A stretch of DNA of 64,000 nt from Mobula hypostoma (taxonomy: Eukaryota): contig NC_086097.1 of the NCBI RefSeq assembly GCF_963921235.1, positions 161,884,001 to 161,948,000 of the forward strand, read 5' to 3'. The position numbers were made by a program, and so were the translations under genes. The notes under the pieces were generated by a model. That model was given only the letters and a program-made list of their open reading frames with translations. It had not been told where the DNA came from and ran no database searches. Every line of letters starts with the position of its first letter. The stretch's first letter is position 1. Below, piece by piece: positions 10,099 through 22,199 of the stretch.

Positions 10099-13073
10099 GT
10101 ACCTCTTCTTAGAGATGCTGCCTGGCCTGCTGCGTTCACCAGCAACTTTGATGTGTGTTGCTGTAATTGAGAGGAAGTCTGTTACAAGTTCTGGATCTGC
10201 AAAATTAAAATGTGGTGCAAGAAACGAAGTGCTGAAGCATTTTGATGGGTGAAGCAACATCTGTGGGGTAAAGGAAATTGTTGACATATTCGTTCAGGAC
10301 CCTGTATTGAGTAACGAATGTTGTTTCTTTCAGAAGGGTAAATTCAAATGAAATTGTGGCTGCAGCATTAAAAGTTCCATATCTGAGTTGGGAATACTTG
10401 AAAGATAAAATAGAATTCCCATAAGTTTAAAGATGTATTGTATAAACAGTGTATTCTTAGATTAGTAAGAAAAGAAATATGCTCATAGAAGGCCATGTGT
10501 ATTTATTTCAGTAGTACTTTTTAAATAGACATTTTGTGTCAATTCTTCATAAATTAATTGTCATAAAATAGAATCTACATGTGTATATTACTTCATTATC
10601 AATCAGAAGATCACACAAATCAATTTTATGGGTAGACAGAATTTTGGTACGTTCTGCTGCAATGCAACACGCGAGAGAAAATAAATTGAGTCTTGACAAT
10701 TCATGCAAGTCAGGGAGAGGAGGAAAAAAGTTGAAACCAGAAATTTTGCCTTGAGCAGCTTCCCACTGAAGACCATTTAGTTCCAAAATGCTGCTTTGCA
10801 AACTGCAGAAAGGATAATAAATCATAGCAAATGTAAAATCTGCAAAAATGAAAATAAAGCAACACCACAATAACTGAATAAAAATATTGGCCATTCCTCA
10901 ATGTATAATAGTTTGTTCTGAGTGTGAGGAATAATCAGCAATATTCAGCTCCACTTTTACAGAAAGTGGATTCCTTAAAAAAATCTTTTAATAAGCAACT
11001 GTAACAAAATCAGTTTATAATCCATGCACTTTAAGCAGGAAATATCAATACTTAAAACAAAAGTAGACAAAATGTTGAAGTTAGGAGTAGTCAATCACAT
11101 TTCAATTGACCCAAAAGTCAATTTCATTTTTCTTGATCACATATGTCTTACCATGAAAATCATTGGCAAAATTAAATACCTCAGCATAGATCAATAAATA
11201 TTGAAGCTATTTTGTTTATTGAGCTGTTCAATAAAAGGGCTATGCTTATTATGATTTATGTCTGCTAAATGTCAATTTTAAATATGGTGTTTAAAAATTA
11301 GTATGTTATCTGAAAGTTATCTGTAACATTTGTGCTAACAACTATACCCACCATGTGTTGGGTCAGTGATTCACTGCAAGCTGCAGCCTCAACCATAACC
11401 TGCAGCGGAAATTAGCAAAGGATTGGGTATTCACCAGAAGAGAATACTACAGTGAGGATGAAATAACTATTCAACTGAAACTTTGCTGTGCAAAAATTTC
11501 TTTGACCATTTCAAATATTCTCAAACCACAGGGAATGTAAGAAAACATGATGGTAAAAAAAATACCCAACATATATTCCCAGCCATTTTACAATTGTGAT
11601 TATTTCATACCTTTCTTTTAAGGTATCTTGTAAGGCCAATGATCTCAAAAGGAAATGGGCAAGATTTATGAACTCAAGTTATTATATTTTTGCTTTTGTT
11701 TTCAAGCACAGTAAATAACGATTTACAATAAATGAAAAATAAAGTCATACCGTTTCTTCAGCAGATAGGATCAACATGTCATTTTTGTGTTGTAAGTTTA
11801 GGGAAACAATCTTAACAACCTTTTAAAATCACCTGGCTCCAATGAGAAGGAACTAGAGGCATAGAAAAGTACAACACAAGCAGGCCCTTTGGCACATTTA
11901 GTCTGTACCGAGCCATTTAAACTGCCTACTCCCATCACCAGGATCATAGTCGTCCATACCCCTCCCATCCAAGTACTTATCCAAACGTCTCTTAAACGTT
12001 GAAATCGAGCTTGCATGCACAATTGTGCTGGCAGTTTATTCCACACTCTCATGACACACTGAGTGAAGATGTTCCCCCCTTGTGTTCCCCTTAAGCCTTT
12101 CACCTCACACTCTTAACCCATGACCTCCAGTAGCAGTCCCACCCAACCTCAGTGGAAAAAACTTGCTTACATTTGCCCTATCTATACCCCTTAGACTTTT
12201 GTACACCTCTATCAAATTTCCTCTCAATCTTCTACACTCCAAGGAATGAAGTCCTAACCTATTCAATCTTTCCATATAACTTGGGTCTTCCATAACCAAC
12301 AACATCCTTGTAAATTTTCTCTGTACTCTTTGAAACTTATTTACATCTTTCCTGTACAAAACAGCACAAATTAGGCCTCACAAATGTCTTGTACAACATA
12401 TCATCTCATCTACTGTACTTAATACTTTGATTTATGAAGGCCCATGTTCCAAAAGCTTCATGACCCTATCAACCTATGATGCCACTTTTAATGAATTATG
12501 GACCTCTATTCCCAGATCCCTTTGTTCTACCGCACCCCTGAGTGCCCTCCCGTTCATTGTGTAAGACCTACCCTGGTTGGTCCCATCAAAGAGCAACACC
12601 AATCCCTACAACACTCCAATTGTCATGGGTCTCCAATCAAAGAGGCAACCATCTACTTCCACTCTCTGACTTCTCCCATAAAGCCAATGGCTAATCCAAT
12701 TTACTACCTCATCTTGAACACCTAGCAACTGAGCCTTCGTGACCAGCCTCCCAGGCAGGATCTTGTCAAATGACATACTAAAGTCCATGCAGACAACAGC
12801 CACTGCCTTTTCTTCATCAACTTTCTTGGTAACTTCCTTGGTTGGACATGACTTATGACACATAAAGCTATGCTGACTCTCCTTAATTAGTCCATGTCTA
12901 TCGAAATACTCATATATCTGGTCCCATAGAATACCTTCCAATAACGATCCCACTACTGATGTCAGGCTCACCGGCCTATAATTTATTTTTGAAGCTTTTC
13001 TTAAACAGTGGAACAACATTGGCTATCCCCCAATCTTCTGGTACTTTACCTGTCGCTAAGGATGATTTAAGTG

Positions 13074-13757
13074 AGGAGAGGAGAAGATGGCGGTGCGATG
13101 CAGCCTGCAGCGGCCACTTCGGTGGTGATGTCTGTTATTTGTCAAATAGAGAGTGCCATACACAATCCTGATTTGATGGAGACGGACGTGAGACTTCTGG
13201 TGAACATCTGGTGAAACTTCTGAAATGCCTACTTCGCTGCTGCTGCTACTGTGTGGTCCGAAATCTCCAGAGGGGAAGGCCCCGAGTCCTCGGCTTTGCT
13301 TGTTGCTTGGCGGCCGGGGTGGGGTCGAAGCGCTCGGCAGAGGATGGTGCTCAGAGAGGCTGTGTCGAAGGGCTGGTCGGAGGCTCAAAGTTTTCGGACG
13401 GACTCAGAGTCCGCTGCGGTCGGGTGCTTCCAGTGGTGCTGCATCAGCAAGTTTGCGGCGCTTGGAAGTTCATGGCAGGGAGAGTTTCTCCCTTCTACCG
13501 TCTGCGTGAGATGATGAGGCTATCGGGACTTTGAGACTTTTTTTTACCATGTCCATGGTCTGCTCTTTATCAAATTATGGTATTGCTTTGCACTGTTGTA
13601 ACTATATGTTATAATTGTGTGATTTTGTCATTTTAGTCTTGGTTTGTCCTGTGTTTCTTGTGATATCATTCTGGAGGAACATTGTATCATTTTTTAATGC
13701 ATGCATTTCTAAATGACAATAAACGAGGACTGAGTGTCCTCATAATCTAATAATCTA
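13074..13757 (+). mobile_element. Non-autonomous, non-tRNA retroposon (probably Rex1/RTE-mobilised)
   Basis: 5' AGGAGAGGAGAAGATGGCGG, GC-rich body, 3' GACAATAAA...(TAATCTAA)n tail, 5-bp TSD AAGTG (13069-13073, 13758-13762) inside CR1. Confidence 0.7.
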
Positions 13758-14515
13758 AAGTGTCTCTGTGAGGACCCCGGCAATTTCTGCACTTACCTTT
13801 TGCAGAGTTTGAGGGAACATCTTGTCAAGCCCTGGGGATTTGCTTCAAGATAGCAAACACTTCCTCCTCTGTAATCTGTATGCAGTTCATGAAGTTGCTG
13901 CTGTTTTACCTTATTTCTAGAGACTGTGTCCATCTTCTGAGTAAGTGCAGATGGGAAAAAAATCGATAATGATCTCCCCCATCTCTTTTGGCTCCACACA
14001 TAGATTACCATTGTGATCTTCCATTGGACTAACTTTGTTTCTTGCAATCCTTTTGCTTCTAACATACGTGTAGAATCTCTTGGCATTCTTCTTCACCTTG
14101 TTTGTTTGGGCAACCTCATGCCTTCTTGTAGTTCTCCTGATTTCTTTCTCAAATGCTCCCTTGCATTTCTTATATTCCATTGTCACCTGATTTGTTCCTA
14201 ACTGCCTATACCTGTAATGAACCTCATTTTTTTTTCTTAACTAGGGCCTCAATATTGCTTGAAAACCAAGGTTTTCTACACCTGTTATCTTCACCTTTTA
14301 TTCTGACAGGCAAATACAAGCTTTATACTCTCAAAATTTCACTTTTGAAAGCCTCCTACTTACCAAGTATACCTTTGCCAGAAAATAGCCTGTCCCAATC
14401 CACACTTGCCAGATCCTTTCTGATGCCATCAAAATTGGCCTTTCTCCAATCTAGAATCTCAACCTGTGAACCAGACCTATCTTTTTACATATTTACATTA
14501 ACACAAATGGCATTG

Positions 14516-15070
14516 TCATAGTCATAGTCATACTTTCTTGATCCCGGGGGAAATTGGTTTTCGTTACAGTTGCACCATAAATAATAAATAGTAATAGAAC
14601 CATAAATAGTTAAATAGTAATATGTAAGTTATGCCAGTAAATTATGAAATAAGTCCAGGACCAGCCTATTGGCTCAGGTTGTCTGACCCTCCAAGGGAGG
14701 AGTTGTAAAGTTTGATGGCCACAGGCAGGAATGACTTCCTATGACGCTTAGTGCTGCATCTCGATAGAATGAGTCTCTGGCTGAATGTACTCCTGTGCCC
14801 ACCCAGTACATTATGTAGTGGATGGGAGACATTGTCCAAGATGGCATGCAACTTAGACAGCATCCTCTTTTCAGACACCACAGTGAGAGAGTCCAGTTCC
14901 ATCCCCACAACATCACTGGCCTTACGAATGAGTTTGTTGATTCTGTTGGTGTCTACTACCCTCAGCCTGCTGCCCCAGCACACAACAGCAAACATGATAG
15001 CACTGGCCACCACAGACTCGTAGAACATCCTCAGCATTGTCTGGCAGATGTTAAAGGACCTCAGTCTCCT
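14516..15070 (-). mobile_element. Rex1/Babar LINE 3' fragment
   Basis: LRRLRSFNIC..MFYESVVASAIMFAVVCWG..HPLH..RKSFLPVAIKLYN; (ACTATG)n tail. Confidence 0.85.
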
Positions 15071-16632
15071 CACCAGATGCAAAGTATTCCCCAATACAAA
15101 CTTGTATCACCTTCCATGCCACATTCCCTAACAGCAGATCAAATATCACACACTCTCTCTTTGCGATTTCTACATACTCATTAAGAAAACTTCCCTGAAC
15201 ACATTTCACAAATTCTATTGCATCTAGTCCTTTTACAGTGTGGGAGTCCCAGTCAATATGTGGACAGTTAAAATCAACTACTCTAACAAACTTGTGCTTC
15301 TTGCAATAGTCTGCAATCTCTACAAATTTGTTTCTCTAAATCCCCCAGACTGTTGGGTGATCTGTAATATAGCCCCATTAACTTGCACATACCTTTCTTA
15401 TTACTCAGTTCCACCCGTAACGCCTCACTGGATGAGTTTTACAGCCTGTCCTGAAAGAGCACTGCTGTGACATTTTCCCTGACTAGCAAACAACTAATAG
15501 TGCAGCTGCTAATGACAAAGTGAGGGGAAGTGAGCAAAATGTTGGTGAATAGAGAATGCATTTGGTTCTCCTGAATCAAATTAAATCGATGAACTGAGGA
15601 TGTCTGAGGAAGAGCATTTATCTGAAGAGAAATATAGGGAAGTCCTGAGATAAAAATACAGTAACTTTAAAACAGTATACTTTTGATTCTTTGAAAGTCC
15701 AATAGTTAAAGCCTAAATAACCCTATCTAGAAAAAAGCTGTCAGCAGCTATTGGACCCAAAAAAGGCGATGGCCAACGGTGACTGGAGAGCAGCTTGCTC
15801 CAAAGGCATTTTACAAATGGCCCACATACTCCCAAGGACACACATAAGAACATAAAAGCAGGAGTTGGCCACCAGACTCTTAAAGCATCTATTTAAAATG
15901 ATAATGGTTAATCCATGCTGCTCTCAACTTTTTTTTGCAATTTTGTTATACCCCTCTATTCCTCTATCTGTCTAAAATATGAAATTTTAGGGGGTGTACA
16001 GAGAAGGAATATTTTAACATATTTAGATTTAAAACATTATCAAAATGCTTATAAATACATGTTAAATATTACAGAATTTACGGTAAAAATAGGTCACCAG
16101 TATCAATTAAAATTCCGTTGTCAATAGAAATGTGGCAGTTTGCCTGTATGACATTGGCATAGCACAGTTTCTACTGGGTTTGTCATCAAAATTGATTCAT
16201 TTTGTCATTGTTGCTGTTGGAGAATAATGGTCGTACTGTATTTTCGGAGAATTATTTTTTGTGATTAATACATGTATTTCTTGCTATTGTTTTGCACAGC
16301 ATAAGATATTTCAGTATCTCAAGGCTTCTGTGTGATACAAGTTACCATATAGTTATAAAACCAATTCTCATAATCAGATTTAATGAAAAAAAATAATTTC
16401 TTGGTTTGCTGAAGAATTCCAAAGTTTACTGCATTAATCTCACCATTTAATGGATAGCCAGTCACCTTTGTGAATGTCACCAGTCATCACTTAAGTGGCA
16501 CAAAGAACTTACATTGAGTTTTGAATGAGGTCTCTGCCTATAGAGAAATGTCATTTATTTTAAAGTTGAGTGATTGAGGAGTTAGATGCTTGATTGTATT
16601 GCAAAACACTAAGGTGAAGTAAATAAACTGTC

Positions 16633-16926
16633 GGGCAGCACAGTAGCGAAGTGGTTAGCACTGTGTTTTACAGTACCTGTGACCCGGGTGCAACTTCTAC
16701 CGCTGTCTACCGGAGTTTGTGCATTCTGCCTGCCACTGCATGGGTTTCCTCCGGATGCTTCGGTTACCTCCTGCAGTCCAAAGGCTTGGTAGGTTTATTG
16801 GTCATTGTAAATTGTCCTGAGATTAGGTTAGGGTTGAATCAGGGTTTGCTGAGCAGTGTGGCTCAAAGGGCTGGAAGGGCCATTTTCACGCTGTAGCTCA
16901 ATAAATAAATAAATAAACAAACAAAC
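16633..16926 (+). mobile_element. tRNA-derived V-SINE (HE1-like)
   Basis: A-box TAGCGAAGTGG, degenerate B-box, V-domain TGGGTTTCCTCCGGATGCTTCGGTTACCTCC..CCAAAG, CR1-like 3' end, (AAAT)n tail. Confidence 0.8.
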
Positions 16927-17079
16927 CCATACATTATAAAGCAGTAGACTAAGATTAATTAAAATACATTTAGGCACAATTATTCTACAGCTTTTTTCAC
17001 CCTTTCTTTCTTTCATCTCTCCTCATTGTGCTTGAATCCCACTTGATATATTGTTTGGAGCTTCAGTACCACAAGTGGT

Positions 17080-17185
17080 AAACATAAAATACTCTGCAGA
17101 TGTTGGGGTCAAAGCAACACTCACAACACGCTGGAGGAACTCAGCGGGTTCCCAACCTGCTGAGTTCCTCCAGCGTGTTGTGAGT
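17080..17185. mobile_element. Mini palindromic PLE tail insertion
   Basis: 27-bp perfect inverted repeat ACTCACAACACGCTGGAGGAACTCAGC; TSD AGTACCACAAGT(G/C)GT at 17065-17079 and 17183-17197. Confidence 0.8.
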
Positions 17186-17204
17186 ACCACAAGTCGTTCT
17201 TTGT

Positions 17205-17720
17205 CAGCACTGGAATTGTAATGTTGAGGCCTCTGTCGGTCAGGGCCAACCACTGATGTTGTGTCCCAGCTGTCTAGGTACACCAGTCAGGACAGTACAA
17301 TATTGAGAGCAAGCTGTTGTCCATAGCAAGCTCTCCCTCTCCAAGCGTCTGATGAACCCAAAGGAATGGCAGAGACTGATACAGTTTGGCACCTGTAACG
17401 TCACAGGAGTCAGCATTGAATTCAACTTCGGACTGCTTTAGGGACTTCGGCTATGGAATTTTCCCTCGGGGTTTACGCCCAAAACCTACCCCATGAGTGG
17501 GTGTATCTGCAAGGCAGCGGTGACTTGAGACCAAAGTTTTCCTTCTAGATGAGCTGCCGACCATGACTGACAAGCCCCATCTGCCCAAAGTGACTGGTTT
17601 TAAGACTTCAGTAACACAACTTTGTCCCTTCTCAGTAGAAACGGTTCTGCTGGGCTTAGTAGTTAAGCCACACGTGAAGGCCAGGAGCTCGACTTGGTTC
17701 TGGGAGCTTTTCCCCATTAC
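17205..17720 (+). mobile_element. Probable RTE-clade LINE 5'UTR-derived fragment
   Basis: GC-richer block resembling RTE 5' regions (CTGATGAACCCAAAGGAATGGCAGAG...CAGTTTGGCACC); no coding motif to confirm it. Confidence 0.4.
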
Positions 17721-18019
17721 CACTGCCTGTTATAACAACCTTAAGGATCCAAGCACTGGAGTTATGCAAACAGTAACACTGACTCCAACACTGGTTTTCA
17801 GAAAGAGTGCAGTGAGAACAAGTTTCTTTTTCCAATAGAACCATTAAGTTGCTGCAGAGGAAAAGTGAAGTGGAGATCTGTTTACTATTTGTTGTAGCAA
17901 CACACCTTTGTACGCCATTGCAGTGATCTGTTTCTTGTCAAAGAACAAAGAAAAGAAAAAGATGGCCTTGGTGACACACAGCAACATTTTGCAGGCCACG
18001 CACAAAAATTCTAGATATA

Positions 18020-18575
18020 ATCAGAGTCAGAATCACCTTATCGCCAATATATGAAACATATCAAAATTGATTGTAATCCGGTGCCAAGCATAAAATACAG
18101 GACAATACCATAAAGGACAATGCAATGACAACTGACAATTTACAAGATGCTAGTGCAAACAGCCATGAGCAATTAACAAAATTAGCAGAATGGTCACAAG
18201 TGCAAACATCAACAATTAGATTTAAATTACTGTGTACATTTGAACAGACTTAATAATTATCAACAGAATAAAGAGAGCAGGAAAACCATATAATGGATGT
18301 TGTGCAGGGACATTTAGGGTATTACAACTGAATGAGTTTTGTTGAGAAGCTGGATAGCTTGGAGATGACGTGTAGTGCTGGTGGTGATGGAGTTGTAGCA
18401 TCTTCCTGATGGCATTTTGGTGAATAGGTGACTGTTAGGATGGGTGGAGTCAGCAGTAATTTTTTCAGCTCTTCTTCACTTTGGTGATGAACAGGTGTTT
18501 TATTGTCGATAGCTGACAGACAATGATCTCTCTGCTGAGTGAACTACTTGCTGCAACCTGGACTTGGAGAGGGAG
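18020..18575 (-). mobile_element. Old Rex1-like LINE 3' fragment
   Basis: SKSRLQQVVHSAE motif, degenerate HPS/LPSGR region, (TCTGA)n-like tail. Confidence 0.55.
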
Positions 18576-18689
18576 GAGGGAGGTACCTCTTCTGAACTAT
18601 TATCGCTGCACTTTACAGCTTGTATTATCCCTTTAAGTAACAGGCTTAACAAACTAACAATTTTATGATCTTCTGAAGGACTCAACGGA

Positions 18690-19536
18690 CTTAACTCTCA
18701 AGAATACGGTTGTGGCATCTTCATTAGATGAAAGCACATTGCCAGGTCTGGGAGGAGTGGAGTACTCCAAGCCAGACTAAAATATTGGGATACAAAGCTT
18801 CCCCTAACAAATATCTTGTTAGAAATATGCAGTTTCTGGAGGTTAAGATTGAGAACCCATGGGGAAGATTGTTTTTTAAGAGGGAAATGAAGGATTGCAG
18901 CATTATCTTTTTCAGGGAGACATGGTGGACCTCAGATACGGCTTTAAGACCCAACAGCTTCTTGAAACATTGGATGGACTGGGCTGCTGATTCAAAGAGG
19001 GCAAAAATTGGGGGACTGCATTTTGTGGTTAACTCTGTGTGCTGCTCAGACACAGTGGTCTTATCTCCCTAGCCTGGAATATGGAACGATTAAGTGCTAA
19101 CCATTATACTTACCAAGAGAGTTCTCCTCCATGATACCAACCACCGTTTACTTATCACCAAAGCTGATGTTAGGCAAGCACTTGAGGTATTGAGTGCAGC
19201 GATAAGCAAACAAAACAATTTCCGGGCACTTCAAATCAGACTTGCTTGAAGAAACCTCTGCTCAGTTATAGTTAACATATCACCTGCAGCAGCAGGGGTC
19301 CCAACACACTTGACCACTGATATTCTACCATAAGGAATGCATATCGTTTGATCCTGAGACCACTTTTCAGAAAATCTGACCGTCTAGTTTTTGTCCTGTT
19401 TCTACCTGCACATAGGCAAATGCTAAAGAGCAAGGCTCCAGAAGTAAGGACAATGAAGAGTTGGTCACCAGAGGCAGAGGAGTGACTACGGGACTGCTGT
19501 GGGTCAGTGGACTAGGCCATGTTCAAGGACTTAGAG
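18690..19536 (+). mobile_element. Degenerate Rex1 LINE endonuclease region
   Basis: Frameshifted APE motifs: NMQFLEVKI, REMKDCSIIFFRETW, GGLHFVVN, RGPNTLDH, KSDRL. Confidence 0.7.
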
Positions 19537-19696
19537 CAGTGGTTCCCAACCTCCGGGCTGCGGACCGATACGTTGCCACGAAGAATGCAGTGGTGCAGCG
19601 GTAGCCGGAACGCACCCAGCACATCTTTAAGAAAAAAGCCGAAATAAACAAGCTAATTAATTAGGTGCCGCCTGGCATGTAAATGTCAGCCCAGAT
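19537..19696. mobile_element. hAT MITE, one arm
   Basis: CAGTGGTTCCCAACC terminus after ACTTAGAG; body matches both arms of the palindromic MITE at 56985-57332. Confidence 0.7.
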
Positions 19697-20224
19697 TGCC
19701 AGAGGGTTTATAATGTATACATGGAGTTTCTGTTACGGGAGTCGGGTTTCATCTGTGTGAATGTTGTGGTCTGCTCAGTAGAATTGACTGTATGTAATAG
19801 TTTTGATGGCTGGTTTCACCTATCTTGCTAGTGGATTTGAAAGGCTTTGTGAACAAAACATTGCCTATCTCCTTCTGAGACTTGGACTACTTATTGCTGT
19901 GATTAGTCAAAGTCTCAAGTACTCAGAACCATCGGAATCATTCCTGCTCAATAGACAGTGGGTTTCGTCTCAGTTATTAGGTATTGATCTTTAAACACTA
20001 TTCAGATAGCCAAAGATTGCTGGCACACTATATGTGAAGCTTATTTTCATCTGACTTGACAGATCAGTGACTCTTGCAATATGAGAAAGCATGTTGGGCT
20101 TGTATAGCAAGGACATGATAGCAGAACTTTGTTTTGCAAAGTTTGAACATCAGGCTCACTTATTTTTTAGTGTACAAGTCAGTGATAACTTGGAATTTCA
20201 CTTTTGAGTCCATCAGCTTTCAGA

Positions 20225-20540
20225 GGAAAACAAGGCTGTTCAGCCCATCTCATCTGCACTGCCATTAAATCATGGCTGAATTTTTTCAACTCCATCCTCT
20301 CGCCTTCTCCCCGTAACCTTTAGTCCCCATGTTCTTTAAGAAAATCGTCGATCTCTGCCATAAGCATACCCAATCACTTGGCCTCTACAGCCTTCAGCTT
20401 CAGCAAATTCCAGAGATTCACCACTCTCTGGCTGAAGAAGTTCTTCTTCATCTCAATTTCAAAGTGATGTTCCTTTATTCTGACGCTCTGCCCTCAGATC
20501 CTACGCATTACACTTGAATCCTCGACTTTCCTATTCTTAA
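20225..20540 (-). mobile_element. CR1 3' fragment
   Basis: Minus strand AACTTCTTCAGCCAGAGAGTGGTGAATCTCTGGAAT and CR1 3'UTR. Confidence 0.65.
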
Positions 20541-20714
20541 AACATGCACATAGGCAGTGAGCTTGGGATGACCTTGCTTCTGATGTGGAGGTGATATAGT
20601 TGAGCCATCTCAACTATTAGTCTTCTTGATTAGCTCCACTGTGGCAGAGAGTTTACTGTAACACTGATGGGAGAAAGATTGTAAAACTTTTAATGAAGCC
20701 TTGCACAATGCCCA

Positions 20715-21300
20715 TCAGCACTGAGATTGACTTCCCCTCAAATCCACAGTCAATTCCTTGGTCTTACTGGCGTTGAGTACAAAGTTGTTGTTACAACACC
20801 ACTCAACCACCTGATCATTCTCACTCCGGTAGTCCTCCTTATCACCACCTAAATTTCTGCCAACACTAGTTGTGTCATTGGCAAATTTATAAATGATGTT
20901 TGAGCTGTTCCTAGCCATGTAGTCATGGGTGTAGAGAGAGGAGAGCAGTGGGCTAAACGCTACCCTTGACGTGTGATGATGACTGCAAGCAGGAGATGTT
21001 ATTTCCAATCCATATTGACTGTGGTCTCCTGATGAGGAAATCAAGGATTCAGTTGCAGAGGGAGTTACAGGGGACCAGGTCTTGGAGCTTGTTGGTTCGA
21101 ACTGAGGATATGATTGTGTTGAATACTGAGCTGTAATCAGCTTGACATAGGTATCGCTATTGTCCAAGTGATCCAAAGCATAGTGAAGACCCAGTGAGAT
21201 TGCATCAGCTGTAAACCTGTTGTGGCAATAGGCAAATTGCAGCGGGTCCAAGTTCTTGCTTAGGCAGGAGTTGATTCTCATCATGACCAACTTCTCAAAG
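20715..21300 (-). mobile_element. Rex1 LINE RT fragment
   Basis: LDPLQFAY..TADAI..HLD, SPLLSSLYTHD, IYKFANDT, LNASKTKEL. Confidence 0.8.
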
Positions 21301-22105
21301 GATTATGGATCTGTATTCCCAGATCTTTTTGTTCTACCCCACTCCCCAGTGCCCGACCACTCACTGCGTAAGTCCTACCCTACCCTTCTTCCAAAATGCA
21401 ACACCTCACAATTGGCTGAATTAAATTCCATCTGTGATTTTTCAGCTTATTTTTCCAGCTGGTGCTGGTCCAGATCCTGTTAAAAGGCTGATAGTCTTCC
21501 TCGCTGTCCACTATGTCCCCGACTTTGGTGTCATCCTCAGATTTACTGATCTAGTTTACTACATTATCATCCAGATCGTTGATACAGATGACAAGGACCC
21601 AGAACCAATCCCCACATAATGCCACTTGTCATAGGCCAATAGTCAGAGAGGCAACCATCCATTCTCCTGCTTCTCCAGTAAGGCCAATGTCTAATCTAAT
21701 TTACTACCACATCCTGAATGCCAAGCAACTGAATCTTCTTAGCCAACTTCCCATGCAGGATCTTATCAAAAGCCTTGCTAAAGTCCATGTGGACAACAAC
21801 TTGTCGTCTTCAACTTTCTTGGTAATTTCCTCAAAAGACTCTGTAAGATTGGTTACACATGACCTCCCATGCACAAAGCCATGTTGACTAGACCTAATCA
21901 GTCCCCGTCTATCCAAATACTTATATATCTGGTTCCTTAGAATACATTCCAGTAACTATCCCATTACTGACTTCAGGCTTACCAGCCTACAATTTCCCTG
22001 CTTATTCCTAGAACCTTTCTTAAACAATGGAACAACATTAGAATCCTCCAGTCCTCCAGCACCTTGCCTGTGGCTAAGGACATTATAAGTATCTCTACTG
22101 GAGCC
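21301..22105 (-). mobile_element. CR1 LINE RT fragment
   Basis: SQHGFVHGRSCVTNLTESFEE and neighbouring CR1 RT motifs. Confidence 0.8.
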
Positions 22106-22199
22106 CCAACACTATGTTCATTTGAGGCAATGACTCCATCCCTTTAACAATAAGGACAGCAACCTTGCTACTTGCTATATCTGTATAGTAATTTTGTGC

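Larger units (their letters stand above)
9056..10161. mobile_element. Penelope-like element (Neptune type), palindromic 3'-end insertion
   Basis: Two inverted copies of GIY-YIG C-terminus (EEQHLIFRLGSLQPDGMNIDF) + pLTR. 14-bp TSD TGTAATTGAGAGGA (9042-9055, 10162-10175). Confidence 0.92.
11849..15485 (-). mobile_element. Degenerate CR1 LINE (ORF2 EN-RT to 3' end), interrupted by two insertions
   Basis: NYRPVSLTSVVG, QHSF...SC, DFSMSFDKI, RRLRGNLIEVYK, FTQCVMRVWNKLP motifs; insertions at 13074-13757 and 14516-15070. Confidence 0.85.

Noticed and set aside
8995..10170. Mirror-image ORFs on both strands (MPHLPLVPHP.., MLVNAAGQAAS..), repeated at 34502-35556, 39669-40185 and 41578-41977
   Set aside because: They are translations of the non-coding PLE pLTR, duplicated by the inverted arms; not host genes.
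10200..10310. Very old PLE-tail-like remnants (also about 27015-27090 and 44850-44960)
   Set aside because: Too decayed to define boundaries or a ribozyme core.
13056..13534. CpG-rich block with overlapping ORFs as the native PTK2 CpG-island promoter or an exon
   Set aside because: It lies inside a TSD-flanked retroposon inserted in a CR1, and the ORFs have no recognisable motifs.
16633..16705. tRNA gene
   Set aside because: It is the tRNA-derived head of a V-SINE; the B-box is degenerate and there is no cloverleaf.
17113..17185. Pre-miRNA-like or terminator-like hairpin
   Set aside because: Fully explained as an inverted PLE tail with a TSD; no expression evidence available.
17348..17380. 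CTGATGA motif as a further hammerhead or C/D box
   Set aside because: No properly placed GAAA and no closing stems.
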